36,492 nt of DNA from an uncultured archaeon (GTDB taxonomy: Archaea; Asgardarchaeota; Lokiarchaeia; Sigyniarchaeales; SOKP01), in NCBI GenBank assembly GCA_964508365.1, contig CAZDTP010000041.1, positions 1 through 36,492 of the forward strand, in the 5' to 3' direction. The notes beneath the pieces were generated by a model. It ran no database searches, was not told the origin of the DNA, and was given only the letters and a program-made list of their open reading frames with translations. Numbering within the stretch: position 1 is the stretch's first letter; the number at the start of each line of letters is the position of its first letter. Made by a program: the position numbers and the translations under genes. Positions 18,900 through 29,052 of this stretch are shown piece by piece.

Positions 18900-19111
18900 G
18901 TTTTATATTGATAAACGCACATTCTTTTATGTACTCACTGTCTTTTTAAATAATAAAGAATGATTTCAGCACACACGAAACAAAAAAGCATATAAAATAA
19001 AAAGTAATAAGATATCTATTTGATTTTAAATTAAGCAAAATAATCTGTGCTATACTGTTTCAGTTAATGATATCTATAATGTAAACACTATAAAAGATTG
19101 AGGGAGAAATT

Positions 19112-19336
19112 ATGAGTGAAAAAATTTCAAAAAGAATTACACTAAGTGTAATAATGATAACTCTTGCAGGTCAGCTTGCTTGGGGAGTTGAGAATCAATT
19201 TTTTAACGTATTTATGTACAATGTAATAGCTCCTATACCAATATTCATTTCTATTATGGTAGTGGCAAGTGCTATCACTGCAACTATCACTAGTATAGTT
19301 ATGGGGGCATTAAGCGATATCAAAGGAAAAGTGTAA
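19112..19336 (+). pseudogene. Truncated MFS transporter (first two TM helices only)
   Basis: GQLAWGVENQFFN and GALSDIKGK (start of MFS motif A, G-x-L-S-D-x-x-G-R) followed immediately by a stop. No continuation was seen in the downstream frames. Confidence 0.7.
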
Positions 19337-19524
19337 TTTATCATAAGTTCTTATTATGATGTAGACGCAAATTAACTGAGTTTCTATCCCTCAGAATAAT
19401 ATTATACAATTCACTTTTTCTTTATTCTCTGGATTTATATATAGATTTTCAAATGTAATAATACTGATGTTTATTACTAAACATCTGACATAAATTCAAA
19501 AATCTAACTTTAAAGGTTTTCTAT

Positions 19525-20655
19525 ATGGCAAAGAAACCCGTAACTAGAAATAATCAAATTAATAAAGATCAAAAAGAAACGAAAATAGCTCAAACTAAAA
19601 CGACAACCAATAAAACCACGACTCAAAAGCCTACTCCTAAAAAACTAGCGCCACAAAAAGCTAAAGTAAAAGTACTAGACAATCTTGAAATTTTGAAAAG
19701 TTCTCCTTATATTAAGCAAAAAAATGAATCTAAAACAACTCAGAAGCAATCATCTCTAAAAGATTTATTTGAAAAGAATTTGTTTTCTCAGCAAGAAGAA
19801 AAATTAGAGATAGTTTTAACTGGACAGTACGAACAAGCTCTTGATTTAATGTTCGAAGCTGATGCTTCTAACTTATATCCAATTCTCGTAGGGCCTCCAG
19901 GAATAGGTAAAACTACGCTATGTAGATATTATGCTCAGTCACGGGCAGAAATCACCGGAAATGACTCGTTTGAATGGATTACTTTTGACGAATCAACAAA
20001 ACCAGCTCACCTGATCGGATCTTTTAATCCCGCAACTACAATTCAGAAGGGATTTTCTTTCGAAGCGTTTAATCCCGGACCACTAATCAAAGCAATGTTA
20101 AACGGTGGCTTGTTTTTAGCAAACGAAGTGAATCGTGCTACGGAATACACGCAAAACTCACTATTGGAACCATTAGAAGAAAAAACAATTTCAGTCCCGC
20201 ATATAGGACGTGTGAAAGCATCGTCCGGATTTTTCTTTATTGGTGCAATGAATCCATCTGAATTAGTAGGAACACACCGACTCGGTGAAGCTTTAAAAGA
20301 TCGGTTTAATGTCTGGATTGAACTCGATTATCCAGATAAGAAAACGGAAATGAAGATAATCGAGCATAACAATCCTTATTATAAAGTGGATGAAAGCATC
20401 TTAGAAAAGATATATTTGATTATCAATAGAACACGCACCCATCATCAAATACAGACACCTGCGAGTTTACGAAGTGGAATCGCGTTAGCTCGACTGACAG
20501 GTGTAGCACAAAAAAGAAATAAAGCGGAGGAACCAAATAAGATACTTCGAAATCTTGCGAGCAACGTACTATTTGGAGCAATACAAACTAAACCTGGTGT
20601 TAAAGCTACAGATGTTATTAGCAATATTATTTCTCAGGTATTAGGATCTGCGTAA
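19525..20655 (+). CDS. MoxR-family AAA+ ATPase with long basic disordered N-terminus
   Basis: Walker A GPPGIGKT, variant Walker B LFLANEVNRA, QNSLLEPLEE, GAMNP, ALKDRF (Arg finger), ELDYP. Confidence 0.9.
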   Translation: MAKKPVTRNNQINKDQKETKIAQTKTTTNKTTTQKPTPKKLAPQKAKVKVLDNLEILKSSPYIKQKNESKTTQKQSSLKDLFEKNLFSQQEEKLEIVLTGQYEQALDLMFEADASNLYPILVGPPGIGKTTLCRYYAQSRAEITGNDSFEWITFDESTKPAHLIGSFNPATTIQKGFSFEAFNPGPLIKAMLNGGLFLANEVNRATEYTQNSLLEPLEEKTISVPHIGRVKASSGFFFIGAMNPSELVGTHRLGEALKDRFNVWIELDYPDKKTEMKIIEHNNPYYKVDESILEKIYLIINRTRTHHQIQTPASLRSGIALARLTGVAQKRNKAEEPNKILRNLASNVLFGAIQTKPGVKATDVISNIISQVLGSA

Positions 20656-20684
20656 TTTAGCATAATTAATATTAATCTTAGGTA

Positions 20685-23267
20685 TTGATTTGGATGATAA
20701 TTTTCCCCCAAAGCCCGGTTTGGTTTTCTCTTAAGTTCATAAATGCTTTAAGGAACCATGAGAAATGTATGTATAAGCCATCGGTTCGTCAAGCGATCGC
20801 TATATGCAAATTAATTCTAGCGAGGTTTATGAATAAAGGGGTTTGTGAAACCAACGACTTTATTGAAATTGCTGTTGTTACCAGTCCTCTTGAAAACCAA
20901 GCTTTAGCCCGTAAAATTGCTACAGATCTACTAACTTATAATGATCCCACAAAAAATCGTATGTCTTCTGATGCGATAAAATCTGATATGTTTGGGAGTG
21001 AGACTGCCCAAGATTTAATCGACGATTTAGGATTGGATCTAAGCGAATTAGACGATATTTTTGACGATTTTGAATTATTAGATAATTTTTTTAATGAATT
21101 AGAAGATATTGATTTAGATCAGTTAATGGACGAGAGTTTAACCGATTTTTTTGATAAATTTAGCGAAGAGCTGGAAGAAGATCCATATAAGACAGCTTTA
21201 GATGTCATTGACAAAAATGCTATTGCTAATTTCAATCAATTTAAAGATTTAGAAGCTTTACTCGATTACGCAAGAGATTTATTAAAAAAGAAAATAAACC
21301 ATTTAGAGTCCGAGGATATAGATGCAGCTGAGAAATTAGATTTGTTAGATGATATAATTTCGAAATCTGATTCGTTAAAAGAAACGATAATGTCGCAACT
21401 CGCAAAAGACCAAAATTTGGACAATTTTAAGGAAAGTCTTTCTAAAGCTTTAAGCGATAATTCTTTTGAAGGATTGAACATTGCTGAATTTGCCTTGAAA
21501 TCTAATAAGTTAAACCAACAAGGTCAAAACATAGTAAAAAATCTTTTGAAACAAAATCTTTCTAAATCTAACAAAAATCTAAACGATATTTTTAACACAT
21601 CAAAAGTCTTAGGATCAAATCCTAATATAGCGAAAAAAAAAAGGAACAATATTTTAAATACCAGTTTGAACCTCCCATTTAAAGACGCATATAATAATGC
21701 AAAGAATTTTGATCAATATTTTGGAGACAATTTGAGCGAGCAATATCTCGATGAGATTAATGAAAATTTTGATAATTTTAGTAAAGGAAAAGACTCAACT
21801 GACATTAAAAAAGAATTAATCAACAACCCTATAAAGTCTCCTGCGTGGCGAAAATTAATGACAAATATTATTGATAAAGATATCCAATCAATAAACGATG
21901 AAAATAGCGATAAACAAATGGTTGATGCCCAGATGAGGAATTATATTGATAGATTAGTTGATTCTAAAAAAAATTGTAGTGATCTTTCCTGCCAATCGCA
22001 ACTGAACAATAAAGTTTCTGAATTAGTTGATAATGCGGTCGAAAATGCGGCAAGTAAAGGTTCGTTAAGTAATATGGTTAAGGATTTTAACAAGATGGGC
22101 TTTTCTCCAAATATTAACTCGATTAAAAACGCAGGCGAAAGGCTCAATATGACAGAAACAGAAATTCTTAACTTAATTGAAAAAAGCTATAAAATTTTTA
22201 AACAATTAGTCAAGGAGAATCAATCGAATTACCAAATATATAAAGATTATCTCGAGCAATTGGAATTATCTCCCGAGCAGATTGACGAGATTGTTAAGTT
22301 AGCGTTGGGAGGAGTTCCCCAAAAACAACCGAATTTAGAAGTTCTGAGCGCATTAAGCGAGAAATATTTATCTCAAGTATTAAACTCTGCTGAACAAATG
22401 GGAGACGATGCTCTTGATATGGCTTTTTCCTCTCTGGGTGCTGGCAGTGGTTTGGATTTATTGGAGCAATGGTTTTATTCAAGGCATAATGTCTCAGCCA
22501 AAATCAAGAAGAAGTTGAAAGAGATCATTAAACAAATTATGATTGATTTAGGAATTAATGCAGCAAATTCTTTAATTGGTACTGCCAAATCCGGACCTCT
22601 TGTAGAAAACATTGTAATCCCTTACACTTTAGGGGACGATTTTGAATTAATTGATCTAGAAGAGACCATAAGTAATTTACTAGAGGGCGGGAAAACCGTA
22701 GAGACGATTACTAACGACGATTTTTTAGTATCAAAAACTACCGATGGTCTTCGATGTTTGGTTCTTGAATTGGACATAAGCGGAAGTATGACAGGAAACA
22801 AGTTAGCTCAAATGGCGTTATGCACGACAATGTTAGTATATGCTTTTAAACCAGAAGAAATCGCTCTCACTTTTTTTGAGTCTAACACGCATAAATTAAA
22901 AAATCTTGATGAAGATGTTGAATTAGAAAAAGTTGTCGACGAACTACTCGAAATTTCCGCGAGAGGCGGCACATGTATAAAACACGCCCTTAAATGGGCA
23001 AACCTTCAGTTTGAAAAAAAAACGCGTTCGAAATACAAACTAAACATATTATTCACAGACGCAGATGTTTTTGATTTCAACAATAGCTTAAGGGAATTAA
23101 AAATAATGAAGGAAAAAGACATTAGATTCGTTATGGTCGTTCCGAAATTTGGATTTTCTCCGGTAATGGCAAAAAAAATGGTAAAAGAAGCTAATGGAGT
23201 TCTTTTAACTTTAAATCAGTGGAGAGATTTTCCAAAATTAATATCTGACATAATTACCAATCAATAA
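20685..23267 (+). CDS. Large helical protein with C-terminal VWA (MIDAS) domain
   Basis: MIDAS residues LDISGSM, RGGT and FTDAD. Start is TTG 20685 or ATG 20694. Confidence 0.88.
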   Translation: MIWMIIFPQSPVWFSLKFINALRNHEKCMYKPSVRQAIAICKLILARFMNKGVCETNDFIEIAVVTSPLENQALARKIATDLLTYNDPTKNRMSSDAIKSDMFGSETAQDLIDDLGLDLSELDDIFDDFELLDNFFNELEDIDLDQLMDESLTDFFDKFSEELEEDPYKTALDVIDKNAIANFNQFKDLEALLDYARDLLKKKINHLESEDIDAAEKLDLLDDIISKSDSLKETIMSQLAKDQNLDNFKESLSKALSDNSFEGLNIAEFALKSNKLNQQGQNIVKNLLKQNLSKSNKNLNDIFNTSKVLGSNPNIAKKKRNNILNTSLNLPFKDAYNNAKNFDQYFGDNLSEQYLDEINENFDNFSKGKDSTDIKKELINNPIKSPAWRKLMTNIIDKDIQSINDENSDKQMVDAQMRNYIDRLVDSKKNCSDLSCQSQLNNKVSELVDNAVENAASKGSLSNMVKDFNKMGFSPNINSIKNAGERLNMTETEILNLIEKSYKIFKQLVKENQSNYQIYKDYLEQLELSPEQIDEIVKLALGGVPQKQPNLEVLSALSEKYLSQVLNSAEQMGDDALDMAFSSLGAGSGLDLLEQWFYSRHNVSAKIKKKLKEIIKQIMIDLGINAANSLIGTAKSGPLVENIVIPYTLGDDFELIDLEETISNLLEGGKTVETITNDDFLVSKTTDGLRCLVLELDISGSMTGNKLAQMALCTTMLVYAFKPEEIALTFFESNTHKLKNLDEDVELEKVVDELLEISARGGTCIKHALKWANLQFEKKTRSKYKLNILFTDADVFDFNNSLRELKIMKEKDIRFVMVVPKFGFSPVMAKKMVKEANGVLLTLNQWRDFPKLISDIITNQ

Positions 23268-23291
23268 ATTAATTCCACTTACCTAATAAAG

Positions 23292-25652
23292 GTGAACAGT
23301 ATAGATCTTATAAATTATTTTCAAAATGGTGATTTATTCAAAAAACACGTAATGGGAGCTAGATTCAATCGAGGAAAGAGCATTCCAAATAAAAACATAA
23401 TTAATTTCAGTGTGGAAAAGAGTCCAAAAATAAAAATTCTAGCTAACATTCAAGGTTCTGGAAACTCAAAATATGTAGTAAATATATTTCAAGACGATCA
23501 ACGGGTAAATATCGTCCACGATTGTCCTGATTTTAAAAAAAATACTAAATTCTGTAAACATATCGTTAAGGTTTTACTTCTCCTTGAACCGGATATATGC
23601 AAAAATGTGTGTCAAGATATAAGAACTATAAATTTTTCTGCAAATTTTAACCTAGTGAAGCAAAGTAAAACTGAGAACTATATATTTAAGGCAGAAGAGT
23701 TAATTAAAGAATCGAAATATTATGAGGCAATAAATTTTTTAGAACAAGCTCATAATGAATCTAACAATTTAGATTACATTAAGAAGATCGCAGATATTTC
23801 TCTTAAATACGAGTTATACGACCAATTCGTAAAATACGCGGTAAGATTTAAGGAGTTAAGAGATTATATTACCGATTATCCTAAGTTTATAAGCTCGACT
23901 TTTAATAGCATTGTGGAATATGAATTATACAGAAAAATTGATACATTTCTCAACTTACAAAGTCTTTTACTCAATTTTCCTAAACATATTGTTTTTGAAA
24001 CTATTAAAAAAATGAATGTAACTGCTGTGGAAAATCCAATTCTTAGATATCTATTACTTCATAAGTTTGCGCAAGGAATATATTTAGACGATTTTTTTAA
24101 AGAACTTCCCAAGAGTTCAAAATTAGATTTAACGGGGCAAATTGCAGAATTAATTTTAGAAAGCGTTAACGAAGCAATTTTGAACATGGAATCAGAAGAT
24201 AACATAAATGGTTATTTAGCTATTGCAAGTAATTGCAATTTCAAAAATAATAGCGCAATCTATTCTCAGATCGGTGTTTACAAGGAAAAATTGAAAGATC
24301 TTTATTTAGAGGGGCTTAAGCAGAAACACGCGTTTCTTAGATCTTTAGTAATTGCGAACACACAGTCTGATAAACTTAAACAATTGAAATTTAATTATAA
24401 ATACAACTATCCTATGCTAATCTGGGCCTCTTCTTCTCGATCTGAAACACCGTTGTATTATTACATTTTAGAAAAGTGTGGCCTCGAAAGACACCACTTA
24501 GAATATCTTGAACAAAGTTATTTTATCGAAAACTACCCTATATTTAACGAAATTTTCAACGGAAATAATCCAGTCAGAAATTTAATTAAAGATTTCTGGG
24601 GCGGAGAGAATCCAAAAATAAAAAATACAGTATATATCGACAAAGTTATTGACTTAGATTTTGAAGTAAACCTTAAGGAACTTGAAAATTTTACTTTAAT
24701 TGAGTGGGATTTAGCCCAAAAACCTATATTAGGGAGTTATGTATGTCAATTTTCCGATGGCTTCTTGATACCTGATGGTAATCATCCCTTAACGCATGAA
24801 ATTAAACCATTTGATTTGATTTTGTGTATGACAACTCCAATCGCAATAAAAGCGGGGAATATTAAAATTATAAGACCTATAAGAAGAATTAACATAAAAA
24901 CAGCAATAGAACTTATATGGAAAGGAATAGAATTCGTCTCAACATACATCCCTTTCGAAATTATAACCGAACTAAAAGAATATCAAATTGACGAGTTAGA
25001 CGCATACGACAAAATCGATGAGAGGTTTAGAAACAGTTTTTTACCAAAAAAAGAAAGCGTCCGGAAATATTTTAGTAATTTTATTCAAAGTAAAATTCTA
25101 AAAGAACTAAATAACACTTACTTAAAGATAATACAGAAACCAAATTATAAAAATAAAGTCATGAGAATAATAGGTTTTGAGCGATATTCAAAGATTTTCA
25201 CAAATCCATCTTATCTAAACGGATTTAAAAGTAATTCCTTAAAAAAGCAATCATTACAAGAATTAAAGTTAGATTTTAAGAAGTTCGTATCGTTAAAGCT
25301 AAGCGAACTCATTAAAAACAATCAATTTGATTCTATTAACATTAAAATTCTGAAAAAATTTCCCTCCTTTAAAAAATGGACCATTAAGGTGATTTATAAC
25401 TTAAAACAACAATTATCAAACTGTCAAATATATCAAAATGATAATCAAACTTATGATGTTTGCGAACTTTCTGAAAATTATTATGGAAAGAAGATTCTAA
25501 GTTATATCGAAAAAAGCTCAAAAACTCCTTTGCAATCCAATTTACCGATTAAAAAAACAATTTCTTCTGAGGATTTTAATAACTTATTAGAAAGTTATAA
25601 AATGCTAAAATTAGATGCTCCGAAGATAATTAGAGCAGAAGCTAAGAGTTAA
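23292..25652 (+). CDS. SWIM-type zinc-finger protein with TPR-like helices and unknown C-terminal domains
   Basis: IQGSGNSKYVV...HDCPDF...FCKHIVKVLL, followed by a TPR-like segment (KAEELIKESKYYEAINFLEQA). Confidence 0.75.
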   Translation: MNSIDLINYFQNGDLFKKHVMGARFNRGKSIPNKNIINFSVEKSPKIKILANIQGSGNSKYVVNIFQDDQRVNIVHDCPDFKKNTKFCKHIVKVLLLLEPDICKNVCQDIRTINFSANFNLVKQSKTENYIFKAEELIKESKYYEAINFLEQAHNESNNLDYIKKIADISLKYELYDQFVKYAVRFKELRDYITDYPKFISSTFNSIVEYELYRKIDTFLNLQSLLLNFPKHIVFETIKKMNVTAVENPILRYLLLHKFAQGIYLDDFFKELPKSSKLDLTGQIAELILESVNEAILNMESEDNINGYLAIASNCNFKNNSAIYSQIGVYKEKLKDLYLEGLKQKHAFLRSLVIANTQSDKLKQLKFNYKYNYPMLIWASSSRSETPLYYYILEKCGLERHHLEYLEQSYFIENYPIFNEIFNGNNPVRNLIKDFWGGENPKIKNTVYIDKVIDLDFEVNLKELENFTLIEWDLAQKPILGSYVCQFSDGFLIPDGNHPLTHEIKPFDLILCMTTPIAIKAGNIKIIRPIRRINIKTAIELIWKGIEFVSTYIPFEIITELKEYQIDELDAYDKIDERFRNSFLPKKESVRKYFSNFIQSKILKELNNTYLKIIQKPNYKNKVMRIIGFERYSKIFTNPSYLNGFKSNSLKKQSLQELKLDFKKFVSLKLSELIKNNQFDSINIKILKKFPSFKKWTIKVIYNLKQQLSNCQIYQNDNQTYDVCELSENYYGKKILSYIEKSSKTPLQSNLPIKKTISSEDFNNLLESYKMLKLDAPKIIRAEAKS

Positions 25653-25661
25653 CTTGTTTTT

Positions 25662-26432
25662 TCAAAAATATTTTTTCAGCCAATTTATAGTTTCTCTAAT
25701 AAAAATCTCAAGATGTTCCTCTACAAAATCATGAGTTGCGTCTTGAACTTCCACTAATTTATGGTTTTCATCCTGGGGCATCATACTGAATGCTTTCTTT
25801 GTTAATTCTAAAGGAACTTTATCATCCATAGTTCCTTGGACTATAAGAGTCGGGGGATACAATTTCTTCAAAGCAGGTCTCACTTGAAATTTAGCAATGT
25901 CCATAACAAAACTCATATCAATAATAACAGGACCACCTTCTCCAGATGTCGGAATTTCTACGGGTCCCTTATCTATATCCTTAAACCAGTCAGCTTGGTC
26001 TCCTGTTGTGTGAAGCAAGGTAAGGGGAGCCCAAAATACATAAGATATAATTCCAGGTAATTTTGCCTTTAATACAGTCTGACCGCCAAAAGAAAGACCC
26101 AATACAGCAATTTTTGAATATCCTTGATTTTTGACCCAATCATAGACATTTTCTAGATCACTAGCTTGTTTAGTTAAATTTATCGGTTCCCTCTTATTTT
26201 CTCCCGAACCAGAAAAATCAAAAATAAGCACATCATAGCCTTCTTTATTTAAAGCTTTCGCTGTTTCAGGAAAGCGCCCCCACTCGTACTTGTCACCACT
26301 AAAACCATGACACATTATTAGAATGGGTGATCTGTCTAAAGCACTTTCTTCTAAAGCAAAATATAATACTCCATGAAGTTTATTATCATTCACAGAAGGG
26401 AGTAAAACTCTTTTTTCTTCTATTTTTCTCAC
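25662..26432 (-). CDS. Alpha/beta hydrolase
   Basis: HGFSG, FDFSGSGE, GLSFGG nucleophile, GTMDDKVP (Asp), ATHDF (His). Confidence 0.9.
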   Translation of the reverse strand: MRKIEEKRVLLPSVNDNKLHGVLYFALEESALDRSPILIMCHGFSGDKYEWGRFPETAKALNKEGYDVLIFDFSGSGENKREPINLTKQASDLENVYDWVKNQGYSKIAVLGLSFGGQTVLKAKLPGIISYVFWAPLTLLHTTGDQADWFKDIDKGPVEIPTSGEGGPVIIDMSFVMDIAKFQVRPALKKLYPPTLIVQGTMDDKVPLELTKKAFSMMPQDENHKLVEVQDATHDFVEEHLEIFIRETINWLKKYF

Positions 26433-26591
26433 TTCCTTTAGTATTTAACAAATTAGAAGTAAAGTTTCTAAAGTAGAATTGTTTTTAAAATTTTTTCATC
26501 AAGACTAATTAAATTACCTTTCCGATTTTTACTGAAGAAGAAATCTTAAATAAAACTGAATCCTAGTTAAACTAAATATATAATAAGTATA

Positions 26592-27440
26592 ATGTGTTTA
26601 GAAATGACAGAACAATATGCTGATGTTAATGGAGTTAAGTTATGCTATGAAGTCTTTGGAGAGGGCTACCCCCTATTTTTGATTCATGGATTTGGAGCGA
26701 AAAAAGAATCGTGGATTGCTCAAACACCCGAGTTATCAAAGCATTTTAAAGTAATAAGCTTAGATAATCGCGGAGCAGGAAAATCTGAGAGGCCTCAAAC
26801 AGATTATACAATGGAGATTTTTGCAGATGACATTAACGCTCTTATGGAACATCTAGGTATCGATAAAGCAAATATCGCGGGTTGGAGTCTTGGAGGAATG
26901 ATCGTTCAAAATTTCATTCTTAAATACCCAGAAAGGGTAAATAAACTCATATTGATTAACACTAACTATGGCTTCCCAGACGAAGGGGGCCCAGAAGTCT
27001 ATAAAAATATGCGATTAGACGAAATAAGGATGAAAAAAGAGGATCCTGTTAAAGCATGGTGGTCCGGTGCTCGTTCTAGTTTCTACATTAAGTTTAGGAA
27101 GGAGTTAGAAGCTGATCCTTCTAAAAAATGGTATGGCCTTTGGTCTGCAGAGGAACTGATAGAATTAAGTACTATTGACCCTCCAACAGAAAAAGATATT
27201 AATTTACAAGCTGGAGCGTTAAAAACTCACGACACTTTTGAGAGATTAAACACAATAAAAAGCCCAACTCTTTTAATTACTGCCTCTAACGACAAGTTAA
27301 CACCAAAGATCGCTATGGAAGGAATTCACGAAAAAATACCTAATAGTAAGCTTGTAGTAATAGATAAAGCCGGTCACAGCAGTCCTCTCGAGAAAGCCCC
27401 AGAAGTAAATCAGACAATCATTGATTTCTTAAACGAGTAA
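26592..27440 (+). CDS. Alpha/beta hydrolase (enol-lactonase/lipase-like)
   Basis: LIHGFG, DNRGAGKS, GWSLGG, NDKLTP, AGHSSPLE. Confidence 0.9.
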   Translation: MCLEMTEQYADVNGVKLCYEVFGEGYPLFLIHGFGAKKESWIAQTPELSKHFKVISLDNRGAGKSERPQTDYTMEIFADDINALMEHLGIDKANIAGWSLGGMIVQNFILKYPERVNKLILINTNYGFPDEGGPEVYKNMRLDEIRMKKEDPVKAWWSGARSSFYIKFRKELEADPSKKWYGLWSAEELIELSTIDPPTEKDINLQAGALKTHDTFERLNTIKSPTLLITASNDKLTPKIAMEGIHEKIPNSKLVVIDKAGHSSPLEKAPEVNQTIIDFLNE

Positions 27441-27464
27441 AACTCATACTTTTTTTTATTTCTT

Positions 27465-28685
27465 TTAAGAATGATTTAATGCATTCTTTGAATGATTATA
27501 TTTCTTTTTCTCTATTTTCCTCGTAGACATAAGAAGTGCTGGTAATGCGATTAATGAAACTACTATCCCTAACCAGTACGGTGGAAGCGTATCAAGTATA
27601 AAGGGTCCAATAAGGGGTCCTAATATTTGAGCTACGCTATCCAAAGCGGAAGAAAGTCCATTAATTTTGCCTTGTTCCTGAGGAGATGCTGTTTGGCTAA
27701 TTTTGCTATTCATAGGACCCCGAGTTAAGGAAGCTGCAAAGCTAATAAACATAAAAAGTATTATGACAGTGACTACATCTGTAGAAAACCCTATTAGAAA
27801 AAAGCTTACGAAAAAAATAGCTAATCCTAATCGTATAGCATTACTCTCCCCAATCTTTCTTATTGTGGGCTTAAAAAGTGTAAATCTCACTCCAGCCCTA
27901 AAGATGCCAGATATCATAAATAAAAAGGACATTTCAAGTGGTTGGAGATGCAGAACGCTAGCACTAAAAAAGGATATAGAAGTCATAACAATTGTGAATG
28001 AAATTGTATGAAAAGCCCAGAGAACTAACATGAAAAGAGCATTTTTATTCTGTCTTATTTTAAGTGAAACTTCAGGTTTATTTTTGTGGTTTTGAGCTCT
28101 ATCTTCTTTAGTCCATGTTTCCTCCAACATAATAAAAGTAACTATAATTGTAATAACTGTTAATCCCGCTGCAAATAAACCAGGTCCTGCAATCCCGAAC
28201 CATGTAAAGAAAAATCCACCGATAGCTGGGCCGATTAATGAAGCTAAAACATGTGCAATTCCTACATTAGCCATTTGAATACCCCTATCCTTTGGTGGAA
28301 CTTTATCGCTAATAATCGCTTTAGCAATAGGGAAATTACCTCCAAACATACCGTCAATCATACGCGCAATAAGCAACATCCATAAATTACCTGAAAAAGC
28401 GGTTAAAATAAAAGCAAAAAGTGTTCCAAATTGAGAAATTAATAACAATGGCCTTCTTCCATATTTATCACTGAGTTTTGCTAAAATAGGCCCAAAAACA
28501 AAACCAAACATAGCATTTACAGAAAAAATAAAACCAATCATCGTTTGCGAAGTGTTGAAGGTCACGCTAAAATATCCTACCATTGGAAAAAGAATTGTAA
28601 AACCTAAAACATCTATAAAAATCGCAATCCATAAAGGTGCTAACATTCGGTATTTGAATACTTTTCTATTGTTGTTCTCATTCAT
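27465..28685 (-). CDS. MFS drug/H+ antiporter (TetA/DHA1-like)
   Basis: 12 TM helices, LSDKYGRRP motif A, ARMIDG, IGPAIGG motif C. Confidence 0.92.
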   Translation of the reverse strand: MNENNNRKVFKYRMLAPLWIAIFIDVLGFTILFPMVGYFSVTFNTSQTMIGFIFSVNAMFGFVFGPILAKLSDKYGRRPLLLISQFGTLFAFILTAFSGNLWMLLIARMIDGMFGGNFPIAKAIISDKVPPKDRGIQMANVGIAHVLASLIGPAIGGFFFTWFGIAGPGLFAAGLTVITIIVTFIMLEETWTKEDRAQNHKNKPEVSLKIRQNKNALFMLVLWAFHTISFTIVMTSISFFSASVLHLQPLEMSFLFMISGIFRAGVRFTLFKPTIRKIGESNAIRLGLAIFFVSFFLIGFSTDVVTVIILFMFISFAASLTRGPMNSKISQTASPQEQGKINGLSSALDSVAQILGPLIGPFILDTLPPYWLGIVVSLIALPALLMSTRKIEKKKYNHSKNALNHS

Positions 28686-29052
28686 AAAATAATAACCCTA
28701 AACAATCTACAAGAAGAATAAGCTAAATATAAACTAAAAATCCCTAAACTTAACGAATAAAATAGATTATGACTATTAAACTATACTAAAAACCATAACA
28801 AGCATTACTTACATAGTGATAGATCACCTATTCTTTGGAATTGTTTTGTAAAATACCTATTAAATAAAGCATCAATTTACCAAACAACTAATTCAAAAAT
28901 TGCATACCTAAAGGTTCTTATACTAAGCTCGGTATGGAATTAAAATTCATCGATAGGATATTATTTAAGTTAATAATGTTTAATATTTATTGTAGAAACC
29001 TCAAAACTGTATTTTATGTATTGTAGATAATACTTATTTATATTGAGTTTAA

